From a virus (taxonomy: Duplodnaviria > Caudoviricetes), in the IMG/VR virus record IMGVR_UViG_3300032295_003763, positions 32,001 to 96,000 of that record: DNA of 64,000 nucleotides. The stretch is one strand, 5' to 3'. Below are positions 47,060 to 55,412 of this stretch, piece after piece. The notes beneath the pieces are model-generated. The model was given only the letters and a program-made list of their open reading frames with translations, made no database searches and was not told the origin of the DNA. Each line of letters opens with the position of its first letter. Positions within the stretch are counted from its first letter, which is position 1. Made by a program: the position numbers and the translations under genes.

Positions 47060-48849
47060 TTTTTAGATCCTATTATTTTATTATAAACGAAAGGAAATAT
47101 CGTTGGATCTTCATTTATTAAGTAGTCTGAAAATATTTCAGATGCTTTATCTAAATCACTAGAAATATAATAAGAACCTGGTTTATCTTTAAATTCAACA
47201 AACACTGTTTCTAATAATTTTACCTTTTTATCATCAGGAAATTTAGCAAAATTATAAACGATCGTTTTTATTGTGGTAATAACATCATCCTCATTAGTCG
47301 AAGATGTTAATATTTCGGAAATTTGAGGTATATTTTTACCTGATATTTTATTCTTTAACTTGTCTAAAACTGTTTTTGAGAAATTAGCAGTTTGTATAGT
47401 ATTTTGAATCTGTGTAGGCTCAGATTTTTCTTCAGTAGTTTTATTAGTTTCTTCTTGATTTTTAATATCTGATTCAATGTTTGTTATATCATCACTAGAT
47501 ACATCACTCGAATCTTTAAAAAACTTTATCAATTCTTGTATAATCGTTTCATCAGTCCATATAAGATTAGATAATTTAGTCGCTAATGTTTCTAAACTCA
47601 AATCTGATTTTATTACTTTTTGATCATCTTTACTTTGAAACATCGTATCCGAAATATTGGATGATTTCAAATAGTCAATCTTATTTACAAGTATGTCTTT
47701 TATGAAGTTATTAAGTACCTTTTTCCCACTTTCTTCATCCATGGATTCAAAGATATTTAAAACCATTTTTTGCTTTATATTAGAAGAATCTTTTTTGGCT
47801 CTTTTTATAACTCCATTTAAAAATGCTTCTGTTGTAAAGTTACCTATATTTTCCACAAGATCACTACTTAAAGTCTCTTCGGTTTTCTTGATTTCTTCTG
47901 GTGTTTCTTTTGGAATATCCTTTACTTCTGGAGTTATTGGCTCAGTTGCTGATACCTTTTGATCTTCTTCCTTTTTAACTTCTTCTTCAGCCTCAACTGA
48001 AGCATTAGCAATATCTTCGATTTGATCTTCACTCTTACTCTTCAATTCTGCGTTCCAAGAATCCCATTGTGCTTTTCTGTCAACTGAAGGTTTTCCAAAA
48101 ATAGCAACAGGACCTTCGATTGATTCTAATTTAAAATTGATTATTTCAGCATTTTCAAATTTATTATTCTTGAATAATTTAAGTAGTGACTCATAAGGAA
48201 TTTGAACAGCATTCGCTAAAGTAGTCAAGAATATAAAACCAGGTGTACTATTTTGTTGGTCATAATCATATCCTGGATACTTCACTAGAAAATGTGTAAC
48301 CTGAAAAATAGCATTGTCATAATTTATCTCTTCAGAATCTACATCTCCGCCTTTAATCCAAGACATAAAATCTGAAAAAAATGATTCAGAAACATAACTA
48401 TCATATACTCTCCTATTACCATATCTATCATAATAGTATTTAGATGAAGATCTTCTTCTTTTAGGATACTTTTCATATCCAACTAAATAATCATGTAAAC
48501 TATCGATATTAGGACTATATGACTTTGTGAATTTTGGATCCTTAGATTTAGTTGTAGGCATTAATACTACAAGATCACCTTTCCATGTATTCGAATTAAC
48601 GCGAAACGTCTTCATTGTTTCATAGTTGATAGAATTAATAAAATTCTTTAGATACTTTTCAGTAACTACAATAGACTCTGCCATTTTTTTAAGAGGGCAT
48701 AAACCAGGTAGCATGTGTTTAGAATCGAATCCAAATTGAGGATTCATATCAAGAAAGTTTTGAATTCTAGATACTACGTTATCTATTTCTTTTTTCTTTC
48801 TGTTTTTTAAAAAATCAAAAAATGATTCGCTAACATTCGAATATCTCAT
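47056..48849 (-). CDS. Putative internal virion protein with internal repeats
   Basis: Two N-terminal units that each start VSE|SFF; two C-terminal repeats (..SL/DL..[LA]...[LF]S..[IL]..[DE]..I); acidic linkers. Confidence 0.7.
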   Translation of the reverse strand: MRYSNVSESFFDFLKNRKKKEIDNVVSRIQNFLDMNPQFGFDSKHMLPGLCPLKKMAESIVVTEKYLKNFINSINYETMKTFRVNSNTWKGDLVVLMPTTKSKDPKFTKSYSPNIDSLHDYLVGYEKYPKRRRSSSKYYYDRYGNRRVYDSYVSESFFSDFMSWIKGGDVDSEEINYDNAIFQVTHFLVKYPGYDYDQQNSTPGFIFLTTLANAVQIPYESLLKLFKNNKFENAEIINFKLESIEGPVAIFGKPSVDRKAQWDSWNAELKSKSEDQIEDIANASVEAEEEVKKEEDQKVSATEPITPEVKDIPKETPEEIKKTEETLSSDLVENIGNFTTEAFLNGVIKRAKKDSSNIKQKMVLNIFESMDEESGKKVLNNFIKDILVNKIDYLKSSNISDTMFQSKDDQKVIKSDLSLETLATKLSNLIWTDETIIQELIKFFKDSSDVSSDDITNIESDIKNQEETNKTTEEKSEPTQIQNTIQTANFSKTVLDKLKNKISGKNIPQISEILTSSTNEDDVITTIKTIVYNFAKFPDDKKVKLLETVFVEFKDKPGSYYISSDLDKASEIFSDYLINEDPTIFPFVYNKIIGSKK

Positions 48850-48858
48850 AGTTTTAAA

Positions 48859-49323
48859 TTATATTTCTTCGTGGCTCAATACTGCAAATTTTGATTCACC
48901 AACTTCTTCAATTGGCATATTCTCTTCAGAACTAATGAATCTGATAGTTGCATCTTGTAATAAATATTTCCCAGCAGGAAATGAATTGTTGAGATTGTTT
49001 TTTGTTGTATATTTAATCAAAAGCTCAATCTCTTTAGCATTAGATTTACCAGCCAAATTAGCAATCACAAGATTAATTTGAGCATATTCAATCGAAGGTC
49101 CGAATATACCTAAACCTGCTCCAGTAACTGGATTTGAAATGAAAGTCTGACTATCACCATAATCTCTATGTAAAGAAAGAATCTCAATCTTTACTTTATA
49201 TGGTTTTAATACAACACTATTAATGTGTTTTTTGATAGATTCTAAATCTTCCTTTAAAGGTTCACCCGCTACTGATTTAGCCTCATTGACCTTTTGTTCC
49301 TTGTATTCCTTAAAAATTCTCAT
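48859..49323 (-). CDS. Putative internal virion protein
   Basis: Leader MRIFKEYKEQKVNE; GATATATA at 49351-49358. Confidence 0.7.
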   Translation of the reverse strand: MRIFKEYKEQKVNEAKSVAGEPLKEDLESIKKHINSVVLKPYKVKIEILSLHRDYGDSQTFISNPVTGAGLGIFGPSIEYAQINLVIANLAGKSNAKEIELLIKYTTKNNLNNSFPAGKYLLQDATIRFISSEENMPIEEVGESKFAVLSHEEI

Positions 49324-49363
49324 AGAAGTTTTACAATTTTTTTATAGTTCTATATATCAAACT

Positions 49364-49388
49364 AAAACCCTATAAAATATAGGGTTTT
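49364..49388 (-). terminator. Intrinsic terminator after the portal gene
   Basis: 11-bp stem aaaaccctata/tatagggtttt. Confidence 0.75.
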
Positions 49389-49393
49389 GAATT

Positions 49394-51022
49394 TTATACT
49401 GCAGGTTCTTCTGTTGCCGCACCCGTATCTACAGGTTCATCTCCTGGTTGATCTCCTGCCTTCTTTTCCTTTTCCTTAATCATCGATCTGTTTTCTTGCA
49501 ATTCTTCACGAGTTAAGTTCAAGAATGCTTCCATTGCAAAATCCAAATCGAAATAAGAATCGTCTTTTGTTCTAGGAATATTGAGCAATTCATTGATTGC
49601 AGATATACGCTTTTGCATAACTTCAACCTTTCTTTGAACTTCAAAACTATTATCACGATTAAACTTTATACCTATACTTGATCTAAACAGGTGATCCCCT
49701 TCAAATTCAGGATATTTCATAATTAATTGTAAAACCAAAGGCTTTAACATAACTTCTTGGAATCCAGAACGAAGTCTATTGATAAAGTTACCAAATCTTA
49801 CCTCATCTCTTTGAATACCATCTGCACCCAAACTCATTGATGCTCCACCATCTGCAAATCGACTTAATGGTATTTTAGATGCTCTTCTAAGTTTTAATTC
49901 AAAATATTTTAAGAAATCAGGGTTTGATAAATCAACACCTTGACCACCAATAACCTCAACATTTGGAGAGTTTCCATCTTTCGAAGGGAACATAAAGTGC
50001 TTGAAGAATGGGATAGAAGGTCTACCATTGATTGATAAAGTACCATCCGCATCGTTGAAAAATATTTCTTCTTTATAATTATTTAGAATTTCAGATAGCT
50101 CTTGCTTTGCCTTTTGTGGAGAATTACTACCGATAGGGATGGTCATCTTCAAACGAAACTGAGCATACATGATATGCCACATAACCTTTGAGTTCTCAAT
50201 CAATCTCAAAAGATTTAAAGGACGTACAAGACGCTCAACGTAACTTACACGATCCATTTGTAAGTTTTGAGCATAAGCTATATAAATAACTGAAGAATCA
50301 TAAATAATCCTTGAGGATTCATTTCCAATCTTTTGAATCCAAACTATGTATTCTTCCCCATCTTCACCAACAATAGTTGATAATTCTAAAGTAGCTGGAT
50401 CTAATTTATTCAAAGCGATAACATCTTCGCCATCTTCATCCGTTACAATTTCGAATGCTAAGAATCCATCTATCAAATATTGTCTAAATAAATTCCAAGC
50501 TTTAGTATTATTGTTAAATCCGAATTTCACATAAAGCTTACGGAATTCTTCATGTATAACATCAAGAATTTCTTCTTTTTTATCTTCACTAAGAAATGAT
50601 TCTAAGCCCTTTGTATCTGGATAGCAGAACCAGTTTTTATCATCATATACAATTGCTTCATCAGCAATCGTATCCAATATCTCTACAACTTCATCATTTA
50701 GTGAAAATGAACGCAAGAAATCTCTCTTACCTACATAATTTGAATCATAAATCGCAAGTGCCTTTAAACCTCCGATATCTTGCATAGCCATAGCAGCAAG
50801 TAATCTCTGATCCCATTGAGAAGAACCATAACCACCATAAACTGAATGTCCAAGTGCACCTGAGCCACCTGCGTTGGTTTCAGTTTCACCAGCACCTTGC
50901 CTTCTTTGAATGATCAAATCATCATAATACATACCGAAAGAAGATAACTTTCTTACATTGTCAGCTGGACCTGATGTAAAGTTATATGTTCTCATTCCAT
51001 CTTTAGAAACAAAACCTGCCAT
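49394..51022 (-). CDS. gp20: T4 gp20-like portal protein
   Basis: ILDTIADEAIVYD, FRQYLIDG, SYVERL.RP.N.LRLIE, LKYF..KL.RASKIP.SRF, IQRDEVRF..FINRLR..F. Confidence 0.93.
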   Translation of the reverse strand: MAGFVSKDGMRTYNFTSGPADNVRKLSSFGMYYDDLIIQRRQGAGETETNAGGSGALGHSVYGGYGSSQWDQRLLAAMAMQDIGGLKALAIYDSNYVGKRDFLRSFSLNDEVVEILDTIADEAIVYDDKNWFCYPDTKGLESFLSEDKKEEILDVIHEEFRKLYVKFGFNNNTKAWNLFRQYLIDGFLAFEIVTDEDGEDVIALNKLDPATLELSTIVGEDGEEYIVWIQKIGNESSRIIYDSSVIYIAYAQNLQMDRVSYVERLVRPLNLLRLIENSKVMWHIMYAQFRLKMTIPIGSNSPQKAKQELSEILNNYKEEIFFNDADGTLSINGRPSIPFFKHFMFPSKDGNSPNVEVIGGQGVDLSNPDFLKYFELKLRRASKIPLSRFADGGASMSLGADGIQRDEVRFGNFINRLRSGFQEVMLKPLVLQLIMKYPEFEGDHLFRSSIGIKFNRDNSFEVQRKVEVMQKRISAINELLNIPRTKDDSYFDLDFAMEAFLNLTREELQENRSMIKEKEKKAGDQPGDEPVDTGAATEEPAV

Positions 51023-51040
51023 AATATTCTCTTATTATTA

Positions 51041-51652
51041 TCAATTTGATTGAATTTCGGAAACACTTTTTCCAACTATACCGAATGGTATTAAGAGGGG
51101 TATCCATTTCCAATCTTCATAATCTATCGGTATAACGGATCCACTTCTTAGTTTTGACCAAATGAAAGCATCTGATTTTTTACTTACATTTAATCCCATA
51201 CTACTTATATATCCTTTTAAAAAATCGGTCATTCCTTCTACAGAAAATTGTGATAAATCACCCTTTTCTATCCTTTTAGTATTCTCTTCGATATATCTTC
51301 CAAAAAAACTTATAGCACCATCAATAAATATAGCTCTTTGAGTCGAATTAAAATAATTCATATTAATTCCAAATAGCATATTATCAACATTTTTATACTG
51401 AACAGTTTCAGTATGGAATACTATTGGGAATACATCAAAGTAACCTCTTTTAGGTAAATTTTTATTGTCATTTATTGCCATATAAATCTTACCAGAAGGT
51501 ATCATACTCGGTATCATGTAAATCTTATCCTTTATAGGATGTTTCTGCATTAAATACTTCTGCCTGAACCATTCTTGAAGTTCTTCTCCTAGTACTTTAC
51601 TAGCTTCAGATAAACCGCCCTTTAATGTTTCTACTGCTTCTGCTTTAATCAT
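51041..51652 (-). CDS. gp2: T4 gp2-like DNA end protector
   Basis: GKIY, YFDVFPIV, FGINMNY, DW..IP.L; ATGA overlap with gp4 (start at 51652). Confidence 0.7.
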   Translation of the reverse strand: MIKAEAVETLKGGLSEASKVLGEELQEWFRQKYLMQKHPIKDKIYMIPSMIPSGKIYMAINDNKNLPKRGYFDVFPIVFHTETVQYKNVDNMLFGINMNYFNSTQRAIFIDGAISFFGRYIEENTKRIEKGDLSQFSVEGMTDFLKGYISSMGLNVSKKSDAFIWSKLRSGSVIPIDYEDWKWIPLLIPFGIVGKSVSEIQSN

Positions 51653-52140
51653 TTGAATGGCCAGTTTTCTTCTGTTAATACAACATATTTCATGTCTCTG
51701 TCCATAGCCCATTTTATAGCAGCTATCTGTTTTGCTTTATTGACAGTATACATTTTCGTTAATTCAGCATGTCGCATTAGTTTCTTATCAGTTATTCGAC
51801 CTTCTAAAACAGGTTCTCTCGATATTTGTGCACTTGGTTTTATTTCAACAATATATCTATGCCTTTTATTATCATTATCAATAACTTCAATGAAAAAATC
51901 TACATTATAAATATGTTCTTTGTGATCTATTGGACTGATGTATTTAATCTTCACTGGTTCAGAACCCCATCTAATAATTTGAGGAGTTAAATCGCACAAT
52001 ATCATAAATTTACGTTCCCAGGAAGAACGAAATATAACTACCCTCGGATCACCTGCATATTTTTCAGGATTATTAACTTTGTAATAACCTTGAACAAATG
52101 GCCCACTGGAGTTAGGTTTTAATTTTTTTATGTCTTTCAT
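51649..52140 (-). CDS. gp4: T4 gp4-like head completion nuclease (TnsA-like PD-(D/E)XK fold)
   Basis: QGYY..NPEKY.GD, FRSSWERKFM..CD, WGSEP..I.Y.SP.D, YNVDF, VEIKP, NKAK..AA, LTE. Confidence 0.9.
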   Translation of the reverse strand: MKDIKKLKPNSSGPFVQGYYKVNNPEKYAGDPRVVIFRSSWERKFMILCDLTPQIIRWGSEPVKIKYISPIDHKEHIYNVDFFIEVIDNDNKRHRYIVEIKPSAQISREPVLEGRITDKKLMRHAELTKMYTVNKAKQIAAIKWAMDRDMKYVVLTEENWPFK

Positions 52141-52201
52141 GAACTAAATTATCTATTTATGATATATATTCATATTTTATGTTACATTGCAATTAAACGA
52201 T

Positions 52202-52576
52202 ATGTCTGATAAAAAATTCCTAAAACAAGCTAATAATGTATTAAAAGAAATACAAAAAGAGCTGATTAGCCCCGAAGAAGAAGAAGTCTTTAAGAAAGTA
52301 GCAGAAAGACTTAATGTTTCATATGAGACTGAAAAGGCAAACGAAGATAAGGAAAATAAAGAAATAAAACCAATTAAAAGGAATATTCTTTTAGATCCTG
52401 ATACTTTGGTATTTGCAAATCAAGCCTTATTACTAAGAGCTATACTTTCAAATGATATGGCTAGAAAAGAAAATCTTTCAGAATTTGTTAAGAATCTCAT
52501 CAAAGAAGAGTGGAAAAGGCTTTTCGTTACATATGAAAATATGAGTAATGAGATAGAAAAAGAAAAAAACAAATAA
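52202..52576 (+). CDS. Hypothetical protein, possibly ribbon-helix-helix-like C-terminus
   Basis: ATG 52202 downstream of GATATATA 52161-52168; KRNILLD...NLSEFVKNLIKEEW. Confidence 0.55.
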   Translation: MSDKKFLKQANNVLKEIQKELISPEEEEVFKKVAERLNVSYETEKANEDKENKEIKPIKRNILLDPDTLVFANQALLLRAILSNDMARKENLSEFVKNLIKEEWKRLFVTYENMSNEIEKEKNK

Positions 52577-52626
52577 TTGAAGTAAATAAAACTGATATAT
52601 AAAGTAAGCTTAAAATATAATATATT

Positions 52627-52818
52627 ATGAAAACTTTTACACAAACAACAAATCAAATCAGAAAAAAACTATTTGAAATGGATAATGAAGCAGCTAGAGA
52701 AACATCTGCTAGAAATTATCTCCAAAAGTTATATGAATTCGATATCAAGTCTATTACTGAATTGAATGAAGATGAATTAAAAGATTTTATCAAAAGTTTA
52801 AGAGTTATAGAGGGCTAA
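52627..52818 (+). CDS. Small protein with T4 IP-like leader
   Basis: MKTFTQ...KLFE; GATATATA at 52594-52601. Confidence 0.65.
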   Translation: MKTFTQTTNQIRKKLFEMDNEAARETSARNYLQKLYEFDIKSITELNEDELKDFIKSLRVIEG

Positions 52819-52819
52819 T

Positions 52820-53146
52820 ATGCTAAAAATACTTAGGTCTTTATTTAATAAGCCAAAGCCTAAGAAAATAATAGAAGTAATTGAGCCTGAAGAATCTCTG
52901 AAAAGAGAAACTCATTATTTTAATAGCTCAACTGAGAATGTATATTGTTCTATTATTGGTTATGAGAAATCTTCAGAAGGTCTAGGATTCCAAAGCATTA
53001 AAATAGCCTGGAGAAACCCAAGAAGAATAAAAGTTGGAGATTTATTAATAATACATTCAAAAGATTTACAAAAAACTTTACGATTGACAAAAGTTTTAAA
53101 TGAAAATGGGGATGTCAAATTAGGAATCGCAAGTATGCTTAAATAA
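52820..53146 (+). CDS. Hypothetical protein
   Basis: 108-aa ORF ending at a terminator. Confidence 0.6.
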   Translation: MLKILRSLFNKPKPKKIIEVIEPEESLKRETHYFNSSTENVYCSIIGYEKSSEGLGFQSIKIAWRNPRRIKVGDLLIIHSKDLQKTLRLTKVLNENGDVKLGIASMLK

Positions 53147-53172
53147 AAAGCCCATCTAAGATGGGCTTTTTT
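53145..53172. terminator. Bidirectional intrinsic terminator
   Basis: aaaaagcccatc-taa-gatgggcttttt between convergent genes. Confidence 0.87.
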
Positions 53173-53193
53173 CATATAATATTTTTCCTAGGT

Positions 53194-53940
53194 TTAAGCT
53201 ATAGTCGCACCTAAGACATTTGTAATAATCCATGTTGTCCCAGTCCAACGGAATTGAGCAGATTGATAATCAAATGGAGAATCACTGAATTGTATAGTTT
53301 CAGTCGACAATTGAGTCATATTTACATTATCAATAAATACTCCTGTAACTGTACCTGCCTTAACAATAATCTCAAGCGTTTGACCAGTTGTATTACCAAC
53401 TGGCAATTCTACTGAAATAATATCTTTAGTGGTACCATTCCAAGTTGTAAAATCCAAAAGAATTGAATGCACACCTGTAACTGCTAAAGTTGCTTGTGTA
53501 CCATTTACGGTAGCATAAGATGCTGGATCAGCAGCCTCAATAAATGAATTTCCAAAGTCTTTATGAACAATCTCACCATCTAGCACCAACTTACCACTAA
53601 TATCAAGTTTATTAGAAGCATTGGTTAACATTACATCTCCACCAGTTACGGTGATTCCTGTCGATGCTGTAATAGAAGTAGAAGTCAAACCGCTAGTTCC
53701 ATTTACAGAAAGATTACCACCAAATACTCCAGATGCTTCACAAGTGAGGAGCGTTGTAGCAATTGGATTAGATCCCCTTTCAACATAAGTAGATGTTACA
53801 TTAAGGGCACCTGTAGAAGAATTTAAATAACTATCTAAAGCATCGATTGATGTCTTTACTGCTGTAAAGTTATTATTTATAATTATTCTTGAAGCCGAAA
53901 ACGAGTTCGTAGCTAAAATTGTTTGTAATGTGATAGCCAT
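53194..53940 (-). CDS. Virion structural protein (tail/baseplate fibre-like)
   Basis: N-terminal TNSFSASRIIINNNF, Thr/Gly/Ser-rich beta structure, terminal FRWTGTTWII; late motif upstream. Confidence 0.65.
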   Translation of the reverse strand: MAITLQTILATNSFSASRIIINNNFTAVKTSIDALDSYLNSSTGALNVTSTYVERGSNPIATTLLTCEASGVFGGNLSVNGTSGLTSTSITASTGITVTGGDVMLTNASNKLDISGKLVLDGEIVHKDFGNSFIEAADPASYATVNGTQATLAVTGVHSILLDFTTWNGTTKDIISVELPVGNTTGQTLEIIVKAGTVTGVFIDNVNMTQLSTETIQFSDSPFDYQSAQFRWTGTTWIITNVLGATIA

Positions 53941-53997
53941 ATTTTTATTGGATTTTTATATTTATACTATATATCTATTCTGAAAATAAATTATTTT

Positions 53998-54657
53998 TTA
54001 TTGTTGAGTAATGAAATAGCTATATCCTGAGTTTAGGTCTATATTTGAGCATTCTTCATAAAACCACTCGATACTCATACTCGAAGAATTAATTGCTGCC
54101 CAACTTCTTTTTTCAACTAAAATACATTCATATGTATTATTTGTGATTATTTGAATAGGTAAAAACTTGTATTGAACATAAGGATCACTCTCATTATAGA
54201 TGAAAATCTCTTCGTTCAGTTTTATATTCATAGTTTCAGTAAATGTAAAATTATATGTAGATTCTTCATCAGTTCTAGTAATACTTACCTTACTATGCGG
54301 TTTTTTATCATCAGATGCCCTTTTATGAGAATCTTGATTTGTAGCAGTATCTTCAAGTAAACACTTTAAAAGAACAAGGTAAATAATAGCATCGTGGATC
54401 CTTTCTTCAATTGGTTCAGATGTAGTAGAAGGCATATTTGGATTTTTACCAATAGCATTCATAATAGACATCGCCTGTTTTCCGAAATATACACCCCATT
54501 TTTGGAATGGAGTGAGACCTAATGCCTCTGCGTCCTGACTTTTGAAATTTGAAAGAGCGTCCGAATCTGATGCGTAATCTTTAGCCTTACCGATTTGTAA
54601 GTTATAGCATGAATCAAAAAGTTCTTTAAATACCTCTGTCTTTCTTTCATGTGTCAT
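53998..54657 (-). CDS. DUF1599/Nmad1-like (MazG-fold) nucleotide-modification-associated protein
   Basis: KAKDYA..DALSNF, G..F.KQ, SEPIEERIHDAIIYL; start placed at ATG 54657. Confidence 0.65.
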   Translation of the reverse strand: MTHERKTEVFKELFDSCYNLQIGKAKDYASDSDALSNFKSQDAEALGLTPFQKWGVYFGKQAMSIMNAIGKNPNMPSTTSEPIEERIHDAIIYLVLLKCLLEDTATNQDSHKRASDDKKPHSKVSITRTDEESTYNFTFTETMNIKLNEEIFIYNESDPYVQYKFLPIQIITNNTYECILVEKRSWAAINSSSMSIEWFYEECSNIDLNSGYSYFITQQ

Positions 54658-54695
54658 GTCTGTAATCTCGAAAAGTAAATAATTAAATGATAGTC

Positions 54696-54998
54696 TTAAT
54701 TGAAATCTCGCCATTTTTTAGAGATGGCAAAGTTATTATGTTTTTTTATGTTTTTAACTGAATCTATAATATAATTAACCAAAATTTCCATCATACCAAT
54801 AAGAGCAGCTCTTTTAGGTTCATCTAAAAATGTAGCACTTATTGATTTTGTAAATACATTATTTCTATAATCAAATCCTGTATCCTTAATTTCATTTTTT
54901 CTGGACAACGCATAATCTTTAAAGGATGGTCTTAAATCACCATCAGTAGTTTTAATATACTTTTCCCAGAATTCGCCATTACTAATTTCGTCTTTCAT
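54696..54998 (-). CDS. Hypothetical protein
   Basis: 100-aa ORF, co-oriented with neighbours. Confidence 0.6.
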   Translation of the reverse strand: MKDEISNGEFWEKYIKTTDGDLRPSFKDYALSRKNEIKDTGFDYRNNVFTKSISATFLDEPKRAALIGMMEILVNYIIDSVKNIKKHNNFAISKKWRDFN

Positions 54999-55020
54999 GA
55001 ATACATGATTTAATTTAAAC

Positions 55021-55401
55021 TTATATATCAGAATCTACATCTTGATCATTTGATGTATCTTCAGATTCAGCAGATTCATCCGTAATTTCTATTTCAATAG
55101 GAGGTATAGTTCCTATCACATTTTTACAAATAAATTCGTATAATTCTTGAGGTATTGTACCTTCAGCTAATGCCTTAGGTTGACCATTTTCATCAATATT
55201 GTCCGAACCTAAAAGTTTTTCAAGTTCTTCTCGATAATTTTCAGAGATTTGGAATAAAATAGTCCTCATAGCAGTTTGCTTGAGCATGAATTCAATTTGC
55301 TCTGGTAATATACCATCTTCAATATTAATTGATGCTAGTTGCTCATCATCTAATTGCATAATAACATTTGAAGGTAAATCTTTAGGTATTTCGTTTTCCA
55401 T
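55021..55401 (-). CDS. Acidic hypothetical protein
   Basis: 126-aa ORF. Confidence 0.6.
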   Translation of the reverse strand: MENEIPKDLPSNVIMQLDDEQLASINIEDGILPEQIEFMLKQTAMRTILFQISENYREELEKLLGSDNIDENGQPKALAEGTIPQELYEFICKNVIGTIPPIEIEITDESAESEDTSNDQDVDSDI

Positions 55402-55412
55402 ACTAATTATAA

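Noticed and set aside
51649-52140. TnsA-like endonuclease suggesting a Tn7 transposon
   Set aside because: Motifs and linkage to gp2 and the portal identify it as T4 gp4-like; no tnsB/tnsC genes or terminal repeats are present.
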